DNA of 43,830 nucleotides from a virus: IMG/VR virus record IMGVR_UViG_3300005817_000001; one strand, 5' to 3'. Shown piece by piece: positions 43,807 to 43,830 of this stretch (position 1 is its first letter; each line of letters starts with the position of its first letter). The notes under the pieces were generated by a model. It saw only the letters and a program-made list of their open reading frames with translations, ran no database searches and was not told where the DNA came from. The position numbers and the translations under genes were made by a program.

Positions 43807-43830
43807 TACATATACCCTAGTACCCCCCTT
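43807..43830. repeat. 24-nt terminal direct repeat (partner of 1-24)
   Basis: Identical to positions 1-24. Confidence 0.9.

Noticed and set aside
1-43830. Lysogeny module, integrase, transposase, defence or anti-defence systems with recognisable domains
   Set aside because: No recombinase, repressor/Cro pair, RT, Cas (other than the stand-alone Cas4-like nuclease), toxin-antitoxin or methyltransferase motifs could be read in any frame. Unassigned small early proteins may still include anti-defence factors, but nothing in the sequence supports a specific call.

Overview
The window reads as a complete, or terminally collapsed, ~43.8 kb genome of a tailed dsDNA phage. The first 24 nt are identical to the last 24 nt. 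Its structural genes are of the podovirus / T7-supergroup type: small and large terminase, portal, scaffold, major capsid, tail tube-like proteins, tail fibre and three internal virion proteins including a 1893-aa giant. I see no phage RNA polymerase, integrase or recognisable primase. The genome has two convergent arms. The + strand arm (271-17676) carries small early genes and a replication/recombination module: SF1 RecD/Dda-like helicase, Cas4-like PD-(D/E)XK nuclease, DnaQ-like exonuclease, Sak4-like ATPase with a DUF669-like partner, family A DNA polymerase, VirE-like P-loop protein and a MazG fusion. It ends with a GH5 glycoside hydrolase. The - strand arm (42063-17901) carries packaging, head, tail fibre, a lysis cassette, the tail tube and the ejection proteins. 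The arms meet at a bidirectional terminator (17691-17735) and diverge from a sigma70-type promoter region at 42.1-42.3 kb, which also drives three small + strand genes at the right end. Five things stand out beyond ordinary annotation. (1) Two diverged copies of a ~140-nt structured element lie on opposite strands (8528-8670 and 17750-17897), each sense to local transcription, with four compensatory base-pair changes. (2) Inverted, helically phased heptamer arrays (TGAAGGG / CCCTTCA) flank a C13 tract and a sharp strand-composition switch at the genome junction. (3) An R / S-x-S / E-x-E ADP-ribosyltransferase-like motif set sits inside the giant ejection protein. (4) The GH5 enzyme carries an N-terminal helix and a Pro/Thr linker. 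(5) There are several overlapping or dual-frame coding arrangements and small ORFs that the ORF track missed. All functional calls rest on motifs read by eye; no database search was possible.
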